A stretch of DNA of 32,000 nucleotides from Candidatus Nanopusillus sp. (GTDB taxonomy: Archaea; Nanobdellota; Nanobdellia; Nanobdellales; Nanobdellaceae): contig JBMSAQ010000022.1 of NCBI GenBank assembly GCA_049414405.1, positions 33,640 to 65,639 of the forward strand. The letters are read 5' to 3'. A program made the translations under genes and the position numbers. Below the pieces are notes generated by a model. The model saw only the letters and a list, made by a program, of their open reading frames with translations, had not been told where the DNA came from and made no database searches. This document shows positions 1-7,880 of the stretch, one piece after another (position 1 is the stretch's first letter; each line of letters opens with the position of its first letter).

Positions 1-126
1 ATTTGAAAGTTATTTATAATCGTAGAATTATTAGTGGGAAGGAAATTAGGGAAAATTTAAGAAATGGAAATATAGAATATAGTAAATATATGGTTTATCC
101 AGAAAAAGAAATGATAAATTATATAA

Positions 127-197
127 TGCACCCGCCGGGATTTGAACCCGGGTCGCGGGCTTGGAAGGCCCGCATCCTGCCACTAGACGACGGGTGC
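127..197 (-). tRNA. tRNA-Gly (anticodon UCC)
   Basis: Reverse complement folds as GCACCCG-TC-GTCT-AGTGGCA-GGAT-G-CGGGC-CTTCCAA-GCCCG-CGAC-CCGGG-TTCAAAT-CCCGG-CGGGTGC-A. This is a full 71-nt cloverleaf with no encoded CCA. Confidence 0.9.
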
Positions 198-350
198 AAT
201 ATATATTCTTAATAAAGTTAATATTATTAAACTTTGTAACCTCATTACATAGTATTTTAATAATATAGAATGATGATGATTTTAAGTATATAATTCTGTA
301 ATTATTGAAGTTATTTTATACTTTATAAAACATATTAAATATAATTAGTT

Positions 351-1067
351 ATGAATGGTATCCCAAAACACATAGCAGTTATACCGGATGGTAATAGAAG
401 ATATGCAAGAAAATATAATTTATCCATATATGAAGCTTATAGAACAGGTTCTGAAAGGATTTTGGAATTCATAAATTGGTGTATGGAATTTGGTATAAAG
501 GTTGTTACATTTTTTGTTATTTCATATGATAATTTCCTAAAAAGATCGAAGGAAGATGTAGATGCTGTATTAGGATTATTAGGAGAAAAAATAAAAAAGA
601 TAAGAGAATATAAAAATATTATTGAAGATAAAGTAAAAATAAAGATAATTGGTAGAACACATCTTTTGCCAGACGATATTCAAAAAGAAATAAAATTAGT
701 AGAAGATCTAACAAAAAATAATTCTAGATATTATTTAAATTTAGCAATTGTATATGGGGGTAGGCAAGAAATAATTGATGGTATTAAAAGATTATTTGAA
801 GATTTTAAAAAAAGCATTATAGATATTAATAACTTGGATGAATCATTATTTATGAGATATTTATATTTTGGTGATGAAATTCCATATCCAGAGCCAGATT
901 TAATAATAAGAACGAGTGGGGAATATAGAATAAGTAATTATTTATTGTATCAAGCCGCATATTCTGAATTATATTTTATAGAAAAATATTGGCCAGAAAT
1001 TACAAAAGAAGATTTTATAAATGCAATTGAATGGTATAAGAAAAGAGAAAGAAGATTTGGGAGATAA
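351..1067 (+). CDS. uppS: cis-prenyltransferase (undecaprenyl/di-trans,poly-cis-polyprenyl diphosphate synthase)
   Basis: 238-aa ORF with UPPS motifs HIAVIPDGNRRYA near the N-terminus and IRTSGEYRISNYLLYQAAYSELYF plus a C-terminal RERRFG. The stop codon abuts the 3' end of tRNA-Ala on the other strand. Confidence 0.9.
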   Translation: MNGIPKHIAVIPDGNRRYARKYNLSIYEAYRTGSERILEFINWCMEFGIKVVTFFVISYDNFLKRSKEDVDAVLGLLGEKIKKIREYKNIIEDKVKIKIIGRTHLLPDDIQKEIKLVEDLTKNNSRYYLNLAIVYGGRQEIIDGIKRLFEDFKKSIIDINNLDESLFMRYLYFGDEIPYPEPDLIIRTSGEYRISNYLLYQAAYSELYFIEKYWPEITKEDFINAIEWYKKRERRFGR

Positions 1068-1139
1068 TGGACCCGCCGGGATTTGAACCCGGGATCTCCG
1101 GCTAGCCAGGCCGACATCCTACGACTAGACTACGGGCCC
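1068..1139 (-). tRNA. tRNA-Ala (anticodon GGC)
   Basis: Reverse complement folds as GGGCCCG-TA-GTCT-AGTCGTA-GGAT-G-TCGGC-CTGGCTA-GCCGG-AGATC-CCGGG-TTCAAAT-CCCGG-CGGGTCC-A. The G3:U70 alanine identity pair is present. It is 72 nt with no CCA. Position 37 reads U. Confidence 0.88.
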
Positions 1140-1165
1140 AATAAACTTTAAATATTCTTATAAGT

Positions 1166-1435
1166 TTATATATAATACGTTGAAATGTTATATACTTTTG
1201 TATTATAAACGTCTTTTATCTTAAATTCATTTAGAGTTACTATTAATCCTTTTTCAGGATTATATCTCTTAATAAATGTGTAAAAACCTTTATTAATTCT
1301 TTCAGATGTTTTACTTCTATTGGAATAATCTTATCCTCTTTTGTTAAAATAAAATCTATTTCTAACTTTCTATTTGTCCCCAATAATTTATTTTCCAATC
1401 TGAAAAATTTTTAACAATTCAATATAAACAAAAAT
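1166..1435 (-). pseudogene. Remnant of a DUF4143/COG1373-type AAA ATPase (C-terminal endonuclease-like part only, frameshifted)
   Basis: Minus-strand translation gives ..FFRLENKLLGTNRKLEIDFILTKEDKIIPIEVKH.., matching the E.DF..../IEVK signature. The reading continues in another frame as SERINKGFYTFIKRYNPEKGLIVTLNEFKIKD. There is no start codon and no N-terminal ATPase domain, and the region is absent from the ORF track. Confidence 0.4.
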
Positions 1436-1549
1436 TCTATAATAATTGCTCTTTATCCGTTCTTTTATCATAATGACTCTATTATTTTGTCAAACACATA
1501 TAATTTTTAAATATTAAATATTTTTTAAGTATGAAAATAACTATGATTT

Positions 1550-3454
1550 ATGGTTTATGGATATATGGGGAAAGTTTTGAGAGTGAATTTAACAGAGGAG
1601 AAAGTTTCTATAGAACCTTTACCTTCAGAAGATGTACTAAGAAAATGGTTGGGGGGAAGAGGGATTGGCACCTATTATATAATAAAGGAAGTACTACCTA
1701 ACATAGATCCTTTAAGTCCTGAAAATAAATTAGTCATTGCCACAGGACCTGTAACTGGAATTGCAGGAATTCCAACTGCTGGAAGATGGTCTATTATTAC
1801 AAAATCCCCCATAACAAACACAATTTATGAAGGAAATGCTGGCGGAAAATTTGGTGCAGAAATAAAATTCTCAGGTTTTGATTTTATAATAATCGAGGGA
1901 AAAGCAAATAGGCCGGTATATTTATGGATATATAATGGAAAAGCAGAAATAAGGGATGCAAAACACCTATGGGGAAAAACAGTTTATCAAACTGTAGATT
2001 TAATCAGAGAAGAATTATCATCAATTGTAGGAAAAGATGATGCAAAAAATATTAAGGTAATTAGTATAGGACCTGCTGGTGAGAAGTTAATTAAAATAGC
2101 AGCAGTAATGGAAGATAAAGGAAGAGGTGCTGTTGGAAGGGGTGGAATAGCTTCAATATTTGGAAGTAAGAATTTAAAGGCAATTGCCGTAAGGGGAAAT
2201 TTAAAACCACAAATTGCAAATCCAGAAAAATTTAAAGAAGTCATCTTAAAATCTTCACAATTCATAAGAAATTCGGCTATTACATCTACAATATTGCCAA
2301 AATATGGGACTGCAGGATTCTTAGCAAAAGCTTTGGGAGAAAAGGGCATGATACCCGTAAAAAATTATCAAACAAATGTATTTCCAGATTTTAGTAAATT
2401 ATCTGGAGAAACAATTGTAAAAGAATATTTGGATCAAGAAAAAACGAGAGAATCAATATGTTGGGGATGTCCAATAGCATGTAAAAAATATACAAAGGTA
2501 GATAAACCATTATTTAGTACAGAAGGAGATGGTCCAGAATACATGGGTATATGGGGATTTGGATATAATCTAAATAATGATAATTTACCTTCTGTTCTAA
2601 GAGCTTATCATTTATGTAATGAATTAGGTTTAGATATAGTTGGAACAGGTCATGTCATTGGAACATTTATTGAATTGGTTGAAAGAGAAAAAATACCAAA
2701 AGAAAAGTTGGAGGGATTAAAAGTTAGTTGGGGAGATCCAGAATTAATTATTGAATTAATATATAGAATTGCAAATAGAATTGGAATTGGAGATGATTTA
2801 TCAGAAGGTACGAAAGAATTTGCAAAAAAATATAATTCGGAAGAATATGCAATAACAAATAAAATAGGAATGCCTTTATTTGGTTTTGATCCCAGAGGAG
2901 CACAAGGTTATGGATTATGGTATGCAACAAGTAATACAGGCGATTATGACCAACTTGGATTATTCAAAGAAGTTACAGAACCGACATATTTAGGAAATAA
3001 CAGTATTAATAGATTTGAAACAAAAGGAAAGGGGGAATTGATAAAAAAAGAACAAGATTTAGCTGCAATAATTGATAGTATGATTGTATGTAGATTTTCA
3101 AGATATGCATTGAATGAGGAAATATATGCTGAACAATTATCTTTAATTACCGGATGGGATATTAGTTCTCAAGAATTATTAAAAATCGGGGAAAGAATAT
3201 GGAATGCGGAAAGAGTATATAATATTTTAGTATTTGGAGATAATACAGAATATGATAACTTGCCAAAAAGATTTTTAGAAGAACCATTTAAAGAAGGATC
3301 TTCTGCAGGTTACGTAGTAAAAATTAGCGAAATGTTACCAGAATATTACAAAGTAAGAGGTTGGGTAAATGGAAGACCTACAAGAGAAAAGTTAGAAGAA
3401 TTAGATTTAAAATGGCTAGCAGATCTTTTAGAAGAAAAGCAACTATTACCTTGA
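1550..3454 (+). CDS. Aldehyde:ferredoxin oxidoreductase family (tungstopterin) enzyme
   Basis: 634-aa ORF. The N-terminus MVYGYMGKVLRVNLT...KWLGGRGIG is typical of AOR/FOR. The [4Fe-4S] cysteine motif CWGCPIAC (CxxCxxxC) is present, with a later Cys in MIVCRF. Confidence 0.88.
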   Translation: MVYGYMGKVLRVNLTEEKVSIEPLPSEDVLRKWLGGRGIGTYYIIKEVLPNIDPLSPENKLVIATGPVTGIAGIPTAGRWSIITKSPITNTIYEGNAGGKFGAEIKFSGFDFIIIEGKANRPVYLWIYNGKAEIRDAKHLWGKTVYQTVDLIREELSSIVGKDDAKNIKVISIGPAGEKLIKIAAVMEDKGRGAVGRGGIASIFGSKNLKAIAVRGNLKPQIANPEKFKEVILKSSQFIRNSAITSTILPKYGTAGFLAKALGEKGMIPVKNYQTNVFPDFSKLSGETIVKEYLDQEKTRESICWGCPIACKKYTKVDKPLFSTEGDGPEYMGIWGFGYNLNNDNLPSVLRAYHLCNELGLDIVGTGHVIGTFIELVEREKIPKEKLEGLKVSWGDPELIIELIYRIANRIGIGDDLSEGTKEFAKKYNSEEYAITNKIGMPLFGFDPRGAQGYGLWYATSNTGDYDQLGLFKEVTEPTYLGNNSINRFETKGKGELIKKEQDLAAIIDSMIVCRFSRYALNEEIYAEQLSLITGWDISSQELLKIGERIWNAERVYNILVFGDNTEYDNLPKRFLEEPFKEGSSAGYVVKISEMLPEYYKVRGWVNGRPTREKLEELDLKWLADLLEEKQLLP

Positions 3455-3491
3455 TTTTTAAAAATTTAAATTAAATAAAAACCTTAAATTT

Positions 3492-3686
3492 TTATGCTTG
3501 TAATTTATCCCCTACCTTCTTTATTGATCCTTCTCTTGATAATCTTGATACTAATGCCTTTATAACTCTAACTCTTGTTCTTGGTCTTTTAGATTTTACT
3601 GCTTTTATTACTTCATCAAGTGTCTTTGGAGTTTTTAATAATTCCAATAAAAGCTCCTTTAGTGTTTTTCTTTTTCTAACTGCCAT
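3492..3686 (-). CDS. Small basic winged-helix-like protein (hypothetical)
   Basis: 64-aa K/R-rich ORF (MAVRKRKTLKELLLELLKTPKTLDEVIKAV...LSREGSIKKVGDKLQA) with a wHTH-like pattern. It does not overlap neighbouring genes. Confidence 0.45.
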   Translation of the reverse strand: MAVRKRKTLKELLLELLKTPKTLDEVIKAVKSKRPRTRVRVIKALVSRLSREGSIKKVGDKLQA

Positions 3687-3776
3687 ATATTAATATTGTT
3701 AAAATTAATTTATAAATTTATATCAACAATTTTTAAAAAATATATTATTTTATATTTCTGCAAAATATTTTATATT

Positions 3777-4511
3777 ATGAATACTAAAATAAAAGAATTA
3801 ATAAATAAATCTAATATACTGCTTGAAATATTGGATGCAAGGTTTCCAAAATTATGTAGAATAAAATATATAGAAAAATATATAAAAGATAAAAATAAAG
3901 ACCTAATATTGGTTTTAAATAAATCTGATCTGGTAAGTAAAGATTTTTTAAAGAAAGTAGTGGAAGAATTTAGCAAAGAATATATAGCAGTGTATATATC
4001 CGCAATATATAGAAAAGGAAGTAGAAAATTAAGAAAAGCAATTAAAAAAGTTGGAAAAAAATATGAAAAAGCATATATTGGAATATTCGGATATCCAAAT
4101 ACTGGAAAATCTTCAATAATAAATGTATTAGTCGGAAGAAGAAGTGCTGGTACATCTTCAAAACCAGGATTTACAAAACATTTACAAATAATCAGATTAT
4201 CTAGAAAATATTATTTAATAGATTCTCCAGGTATTGTTGAGACAAAGAATAAATATCTATTGACAATTTTAGGGGCATATGATGTAGATAAATTGGAACA
4301 TCCAGAAAAGGCAGTTTTTTATTTATATAAAAAGATAGGTAAAAAACCGTTTGAAGAATATTACAATATAAATATAAAAAGTATAAAAGATCTATTTATT
4401 AAATTAAGGGAAAAGTATAATATAAAAAAAGATTCTGATTGGATAAAGAGAGTTTCAAAGGTTATATTATATGATTGGCAAAAGGGAAAAATAAGAGCAT
4501 TTTTCTTCTGA
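3777..4511 (+). CDS. Circularly permuted ribosome-biogenesis GTPase (YlqF/RbgA/Nog2-like)
   Basis: G4 (LNKSD) precedes G1 (GYPNTGKSS), with G3 in LIDSPG. I start at the internal ATG at 3777 (MNTKIKE). The track's 3696 start adds a hydrophobic, AT-box-derived leader that lies in the divergent promoter region. Confidence 0.8.
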   Translation: MNTKIKELINKSNILLEILDARFPKLCRIKYIEKYIKDKNKDLILVLNKSDLVSKDFLKKVVEEFSKEYIAVYISAIYRKGSRKLRKAIKKVGKKYEKAYIGIFGYPNTGKSSIINVLVGRRSAGTSSKPGFTKHLQIIRLSRKYYLIDSPGIVETKNKYLLTILGAYDVDKLEHPEKAVFYLYKKIGKKPFEEYYNINIKSIKDLFIKLREKYNIKKDSDWIKRVSKVILYDWQKGKIRAFFF

Positions 4512-4563
4512 CCGCGGTATCACCAGCCTCATACTCGGAATCCCTCATTGATTAGGAGGTGCG
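4511..4563. other. GC-rich island of unknown class (possible structured ncRNA or 3' UTR element)
   Basis: The sequence accgcggtatcaccagcctcatactcggaatccctcattgattaggaggtgcg has 29 G+C in 53 nt (counted), inside very AT-rich DNA. It contains the palindrome ACCGCGGT and a CCTCAT direct repeat. I found no cloverleaf or tRNA half. Confidence 0.25.
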
Positions 4564-4601
4564 ATAATTATTATATATTTTTAGAGATTATAAAGTTATA
4601 T

Positions 4602-4650
4602 ATGAAGAAATCGATGTCGACTGAAAGATGATGAAAAGAGGGTATTCAGA
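4602..4650 (+). ncRNA. Candidate C/D box sRNA
   Basis: ATGAAGA(C)-aatcgatgtcga(12)-CTGA(D')-aag-ATGATGA(C')-aaagagggtatt(12)-CAGA(D variant). The layout is 7-12-4-3-7-12-4. It is intergenic, with an A/T box (ttatatat, 4571-4578) about 25-30 nt upstream. Confidence 0.5.
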
Positions 4651-5592
4651 TCATAAAAATTCAGATATAATTATTGGCAATATAATTGTTATATCACCCC
4701 ATATATTTACATGTTTTGCATTTTTTTTAATTTTTTTCCATGATATAGCTTCTTTTGTCTTTGCTCCAGATAAACTTCCATCCAATTCATTTGCAGAACT
4801 AATATATACTGCATATTCTAATCCTCCAGAGAATTGAGCCCACCATATTGTATGATGTTTTGAAATCCCACCACCCAAAATCAACGCTCCTACTTTTTTT
4901 TCTCCAAAGAATTTTGACGCTAGGAATTTTTCATCTTCCCATACAGATACCTGTATGTCTGGATAGTCATATTCTTTCATCAATATTTGTGTTCCAACTG
5001 CACCATCTGTAATTCCAGGTACAATTATTGGTATTTTATTTTTATATGACCAGTATATTATACTTTCTTCCTTTTTATCAAAATTTTCTAATCTTTTTCC
5101 AATTTCAAATATTAGTTCATATGTTGATATTAAATTCTTATTTCTATTTTTTAATTCTCTAAATATATCATCTAAAATTGATCTTAATGTATTTTCAATT
5201 GCTATACCATAATTTTCTTCTGGTATATAAATATTTCCTAACCTTAATATTCCTTCTTCTCTTAATTTTATATCGTCAGAATCAAAATATCCTAAATAAT
5301 AGTCTTTTGTCAATCTTGCAATATCATGATCCAATGTTCCGGCTGTTGTAATAATTATGTCAAATAATTTATTTTTAATAATATCTTTAATTATACCTCT
5401 TATTCCAGTTGCAATAATATCTGCAGGAAAACTTAATACTTTAATTGTATTCTTATCATTTAGCATTTCTTTTAATATTTCATATCCTCTATATAATTCT
5501 TGTGCTTGAAATCCTCCAATATATCTAAATTGTTCAATTAAATTTCTTATTTTCATATCTTTATTTATTTTTAAATCTCTTACAGGATCCAT
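4651..5592 (-). CDS. dys: Deoxyhypusine synthase
   Basis: 313-aa ORF with GGFQAQELYRGYEIL, IIITTAGTLDHDI and the LILGGGISKHH motif typical of DHS. Confidence 0.85.
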   Translation of the reverse strand: MDPVRDLKINKDMKIRNLIEQFRYIGGFQAQELYRGYEILKEMLNDKNTIKVLSFPADIIATGIRGIIKDIIKNKLFDIIITTAGTLDHDIARLTKDYYLGYFDSDDIKLREEGILRLGNIYIPEENYGIAIENTLRSILDDIFRELKNRNKNLISTYELIFEIGKRLENFDKKEESIIYWSYKNKIPIIVPGITDGAVGTQILMKEYDYPDIQVSVWEDEKFLASKFFGEKKVGALILGGGISKHHTIWWAQFSGGLEYAVYISSANELDGSLSGAKTKEAISWKKIKKNAKHVNIWGDITIILPIIISEFL

Positions 5593-5621
5593 TTATAAAG
5601 TTTATATAAAAAGTTTTTAAA

Positions 5622-5951
5622 ATGGATTACATAACAATAGATGAATTTTCAAAAATAAAATTGGTTGTTGGAAAGATTATAGATGTAAAAGATCATCCAA
5701 ATGCAGATAGATTATATATATTAAAGGTTGATCTGGGAAATGAAGTAAGACAAATTGTATCGGGAATAAAACAATGGTATAAAAAGGAAGAATTACTAAA
5801 TAAAAAGATAATAATTGTTTATAATCTATGGCCAAAAAATTTTAGAGGAGTAGAATCTCAGGGAATGCTATTAGCTGCGGAAGATGGAAATGGTAGTTTA
5901 TCATTATTAACTGTTGATAAAGATATAAAAGAGGGGTCTTATGTACATTAA
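5622..5951 (+). CDS. Stand-alone tRNA-binding domain protein (Trbp111/CsaA/MetRS-C-like OB fold)
   Basis: 109-aa ORF containing FSKIKLVVGKIIDVKDHPNADRLYILKVDLG...IVSGI...NL.P.NFRGVESQGMLLAAED, the classic tRNA_bind domain pattern. Confidence 0.75.
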   Translation: MDYITIDEFSKIKLVVGKIIDVKDHPNADRLYILKVDLGNEVRQIVSGIKQWYKKEELLNKKIIIVYNLWPKNFRGVESQGMLLAAEDGNGSLSLLTVDKDIKEGSYVH

Positions 5952-5959
5952 GAAAAATA

Positions 5960-7240
5960 TCAATCATTATTAAAGTTAAATAGTTCATAATAGCTTTTTT
6001 TGCTTATTTCTCCAGCAATGTTTGTTAAAAACATTTTTTTAGCTTCATCATAATTTTCTGTATGACCCAAAACGTACATTAATTTTACATATGCTGTTTC
6101 TGGATGCATATCTTCTGCATATATAACTCCCAAATTATATAGTAATCTTGCATTACTATATACAAAAGGATTTGTTCTTCCAAATATTGTTTGAGATGTC
6201 ATAACAAATATTGTACTTCTTTCTATTCCATATTTTATGTTTTCAATCCATGAATATTTTGTATCTATTGGATTTGTTGGTACATGACCAAAACCAGTTC
6301 CTTCTATTACTATTCCCTTATAATTTTTATCTACATAATATTTTATTATATCTGGATCTGAACCAGGATATGCTTTTATTAATGCAACTTTTTTACATAT
6401 TTTATCATCCAAATATGGATTATTGTTGTTTTTTTTTCTATAATCACCATCAATTATTTCTATATTTTTATCATATGGAAATATCTTTGCTAATGGTAAA
6501 GAATTTATTGATTGAAAAGCATCCCTTCTTTCTGTATGCATTTTTCTAACTTTTGTTCCTCTATGTGCATATGAAAAATTGTCAGAACTACTTCCATGCA
6601 TTACAACCGCTATTTCTGCAATGTCGGAATTATCATATATGGCAGAGGATAATAGATTAAAAAAAGCATCTGAAGATGGTCTATCAGAAGATCTTTGGGA
6701 TCCAGTAATTGAAACTGGTTTATTTAAATCTTTTATAATAAAAGATAATGCTGCTGATGTATAATGCATTGTATCAGTTCCATGTAATATTGTTACTCCA
6801 TTTACATCATCATTTAATAATCTAACCAATATTTTTCCAATTTCTATCCAATTATCGGGTACCATATCTTCTGAAGCAATTGAGAATGGTATTTCTGTAT
6901 TTTTAATTTCAACATAATCTAATAGATCTGGTGCAAGATCAATTAATTCTTCTGGTTTAGTTAACATATGGACCCCGCCAGTTCTATAATCTATTTTTGA
7001 TAATATTGTTCCACCAGTAGCCAATATTGATATTTTATTATTTTTATTTTCTAGCTTTTTATATTCTTTATTTTCATATTTTGATTTTATTTCTTCTTTA
7101 TTTAATTCCAAAATGTCATCATTTCTTATTCCAATGTTATAACCATTTTTTAATTTTATTATAATAAATTCTGACGTTTCATTCACTAAATAACCTTCAA
7201 ACACTTTGTTATCTTTTGTTTTTACTTTTGCATATTTCAT
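5960..7240 (-). CDS. gatD: Glu-tRNA(Gln) amidotransferase subunit D
   Basis: 426-aa ORF with an asparaginase-like core (ILATGGTILSKIDYRTGGV, ILHGTDTMHYTSAAL) preceded by the short GatD-type N-terminal domain. Confidence 0.85.
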   Translation of the reverse strand: MKYAKVKTKDNKVFEGYLVNETSEFIIIKLKNGYNIGIRNDDILELNKEEIKSKYENKEYKKLENKNNKISILATGGTILSKIDYRTGGVHMLTKPEELIDLAPDLLDYVEIKNTEIPFSIASEDMVPDNWIEIGKILVRLLNDDVNGVTILHGTDTMHYTSAALSFIIKDLNKPVSITGSQRSSDRPSSDAFFNLLSSAIYDNSDIAEIAVVMHGSSSDNFSYAHRGTKVRKMHTERRDAFQSINSLPLAKIFPYDKNIEIIDGDYRKKNNNNPYLDDKICKKVALIKAYPGSDPDIIKYYVDKNYKGIVIEGTGFGHVPTNPIDTKYSWIENIKYGIERSTIFVMTSQTIFGRTNPFVYSNARLLYNLGVIYAEDMHPETAYVKLMYVLGHTENYDEAKKMFLTNIAGEISKKSYYELFNFNND

Positions 7241-7302
7241 AAAAAGATTTTATATAAAAAATATTTTAACTTTTTTGCTATAGGGGTAATAATTAATAGA
7301 AA

Positions 7303-7596
7303 TTATCTCAATGAATAAATATAATTTGTTCCATTTATATTGCATATAATATTCGTCGAATTATAATAACAATTTACATATGTTTGATTTATGCTATTTA
7401 AATAACATTGAGAAAAATTATAAACTTGTCCTAGAAATGCGTAATTCATCATATTTTGTGCACAATCAGCATATGCTATAATATTTGAATTCATACGAAT
7501 GATATCTGTCGATAAATATTGAATGGTAGCTATTATCGATGCTGCTATAATTAATGCTGGTAATATAATCATTGGAAAGGTTGATTCTAACTTCAT
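7303..7596 (-). CDS. Small Cys-rich membrane-anchored/secreted protein (hypothetical)
   Basis: 97-aa ORF with an N-terminal hydrophobic segment (FPMIILPALIIAASIIATI), five Cys and several N-x-S/T sequons (NFS, NQT, NST, NGT). Confidence 0.45.
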   Translation of the reverse strand: MKLESTFPMIILPALIIAASIIATIQYLSTDIIRMNSNIIAYADCAQNMMNYAFLGQVYNFSQCYLNSINQTYVNCYYNSTNIICNINGTNYIYSLR

Positions 7597-7638
7597 AATA
7601 ATAATGGTTATAAAAAATTTTATAAATTCTATATTTTT

Positions 7639-7712
7639 TGATTATCTTATAAGTTATTTAATGACAATAATTTAAACAATATTTAAAAATTTTTCTATTA
7701 ATGATTATCTTA
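7639..7712. repeat. Direct 11-nt repeat TGATTATCTTA (7639-7649 and 7702-7712) in the ftsZ upstream region
   Basis: The two copies are exact, read directly from the sequence. A related ATCTTAAC occurs at 7791-7798. Confidence 0.6.
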
Positions 7713-7880
7713 ACATGATTTTTTAATTATTCAAAAATATTTGTTAGATATTTATATAACTTATAAACATATTATTTCATGTTAAAAAATATCTTAACTT
7801 TATGGAAATTTACTAAAATTTTCAAAAAACACTATTTTTTTATAGAAATATTTTTAATATATAAAATTCCATAACTATAA

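Noticed and set aside
3-212. 69-aa ORF at the window edge (possible 3' end of an upstream gene)
   Set aside because: Its last ~28 codons run antisense straight through tRNA-Gly (127-197). The first codon is TTG at the window edge. I recognise no family. It may be a real partial CDS upstream of 126, but I cannot support its end.
270-300. ATGATGATGA run upstream of uppS as a possible C box
   Set aside because: No CTGA or close variant lies at 12 nt from either register, there is no C'/D pair, and only a CTGT occurs at the wrong spacing.
1987-2349. Antisense/shadow ORFs inside confident genes. These are 1987-2349, 2748-2930, 3770-3976, 4628-4837, 6211-6549, 6579-6764, 8113-8322, 8539-8808, 9232-9528, 10879-11079, 11653-11982, 18533-18718, 19683-19877, 20655-20867, 21048-21245, 22140-22409, 22483-22758, 25742-25984, 25819-26070 and 31323-31505.
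   Set aside because: Each lies fully within or opposite a longer ORF that has clear family motifs. Their translations are low-complexity L/F/I/H/Q-rich strings typical of the reverse frame of AT-rich coding DNA.
3696-3776. N-terminal extension of the GTPase ORF (MLKLIYKFISTIFKKYIILYFCKIFYI)
   Set aside because: It is translated from the A/T-rich divergent promoter region and is hydrophobic junk-like. The family N-terminus begins at the ATG at 3777.
4511-4563. GC-rich island tested as a tRNA, split-tRNA half, C/D or H/ACA RNA
   Set aside because: Neither strand shows a T-arm (GTTCRAATC), acceptor/D-arm pattern, canonical boxes or a convincing pocket hairpin. It is kept only as an element of unknown class.
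4626-4642. 17-nt identity (agatgatgaaaagaggg) between the sRNA candidate and ftsZ coding sequence (8612-8628)
   Set aside because: The match is same-sense, not antisense, so it is not a guide-target relation. The sequence is purine-rich and low in complexity, so chance is plausible, and no flanking similarity extends it.
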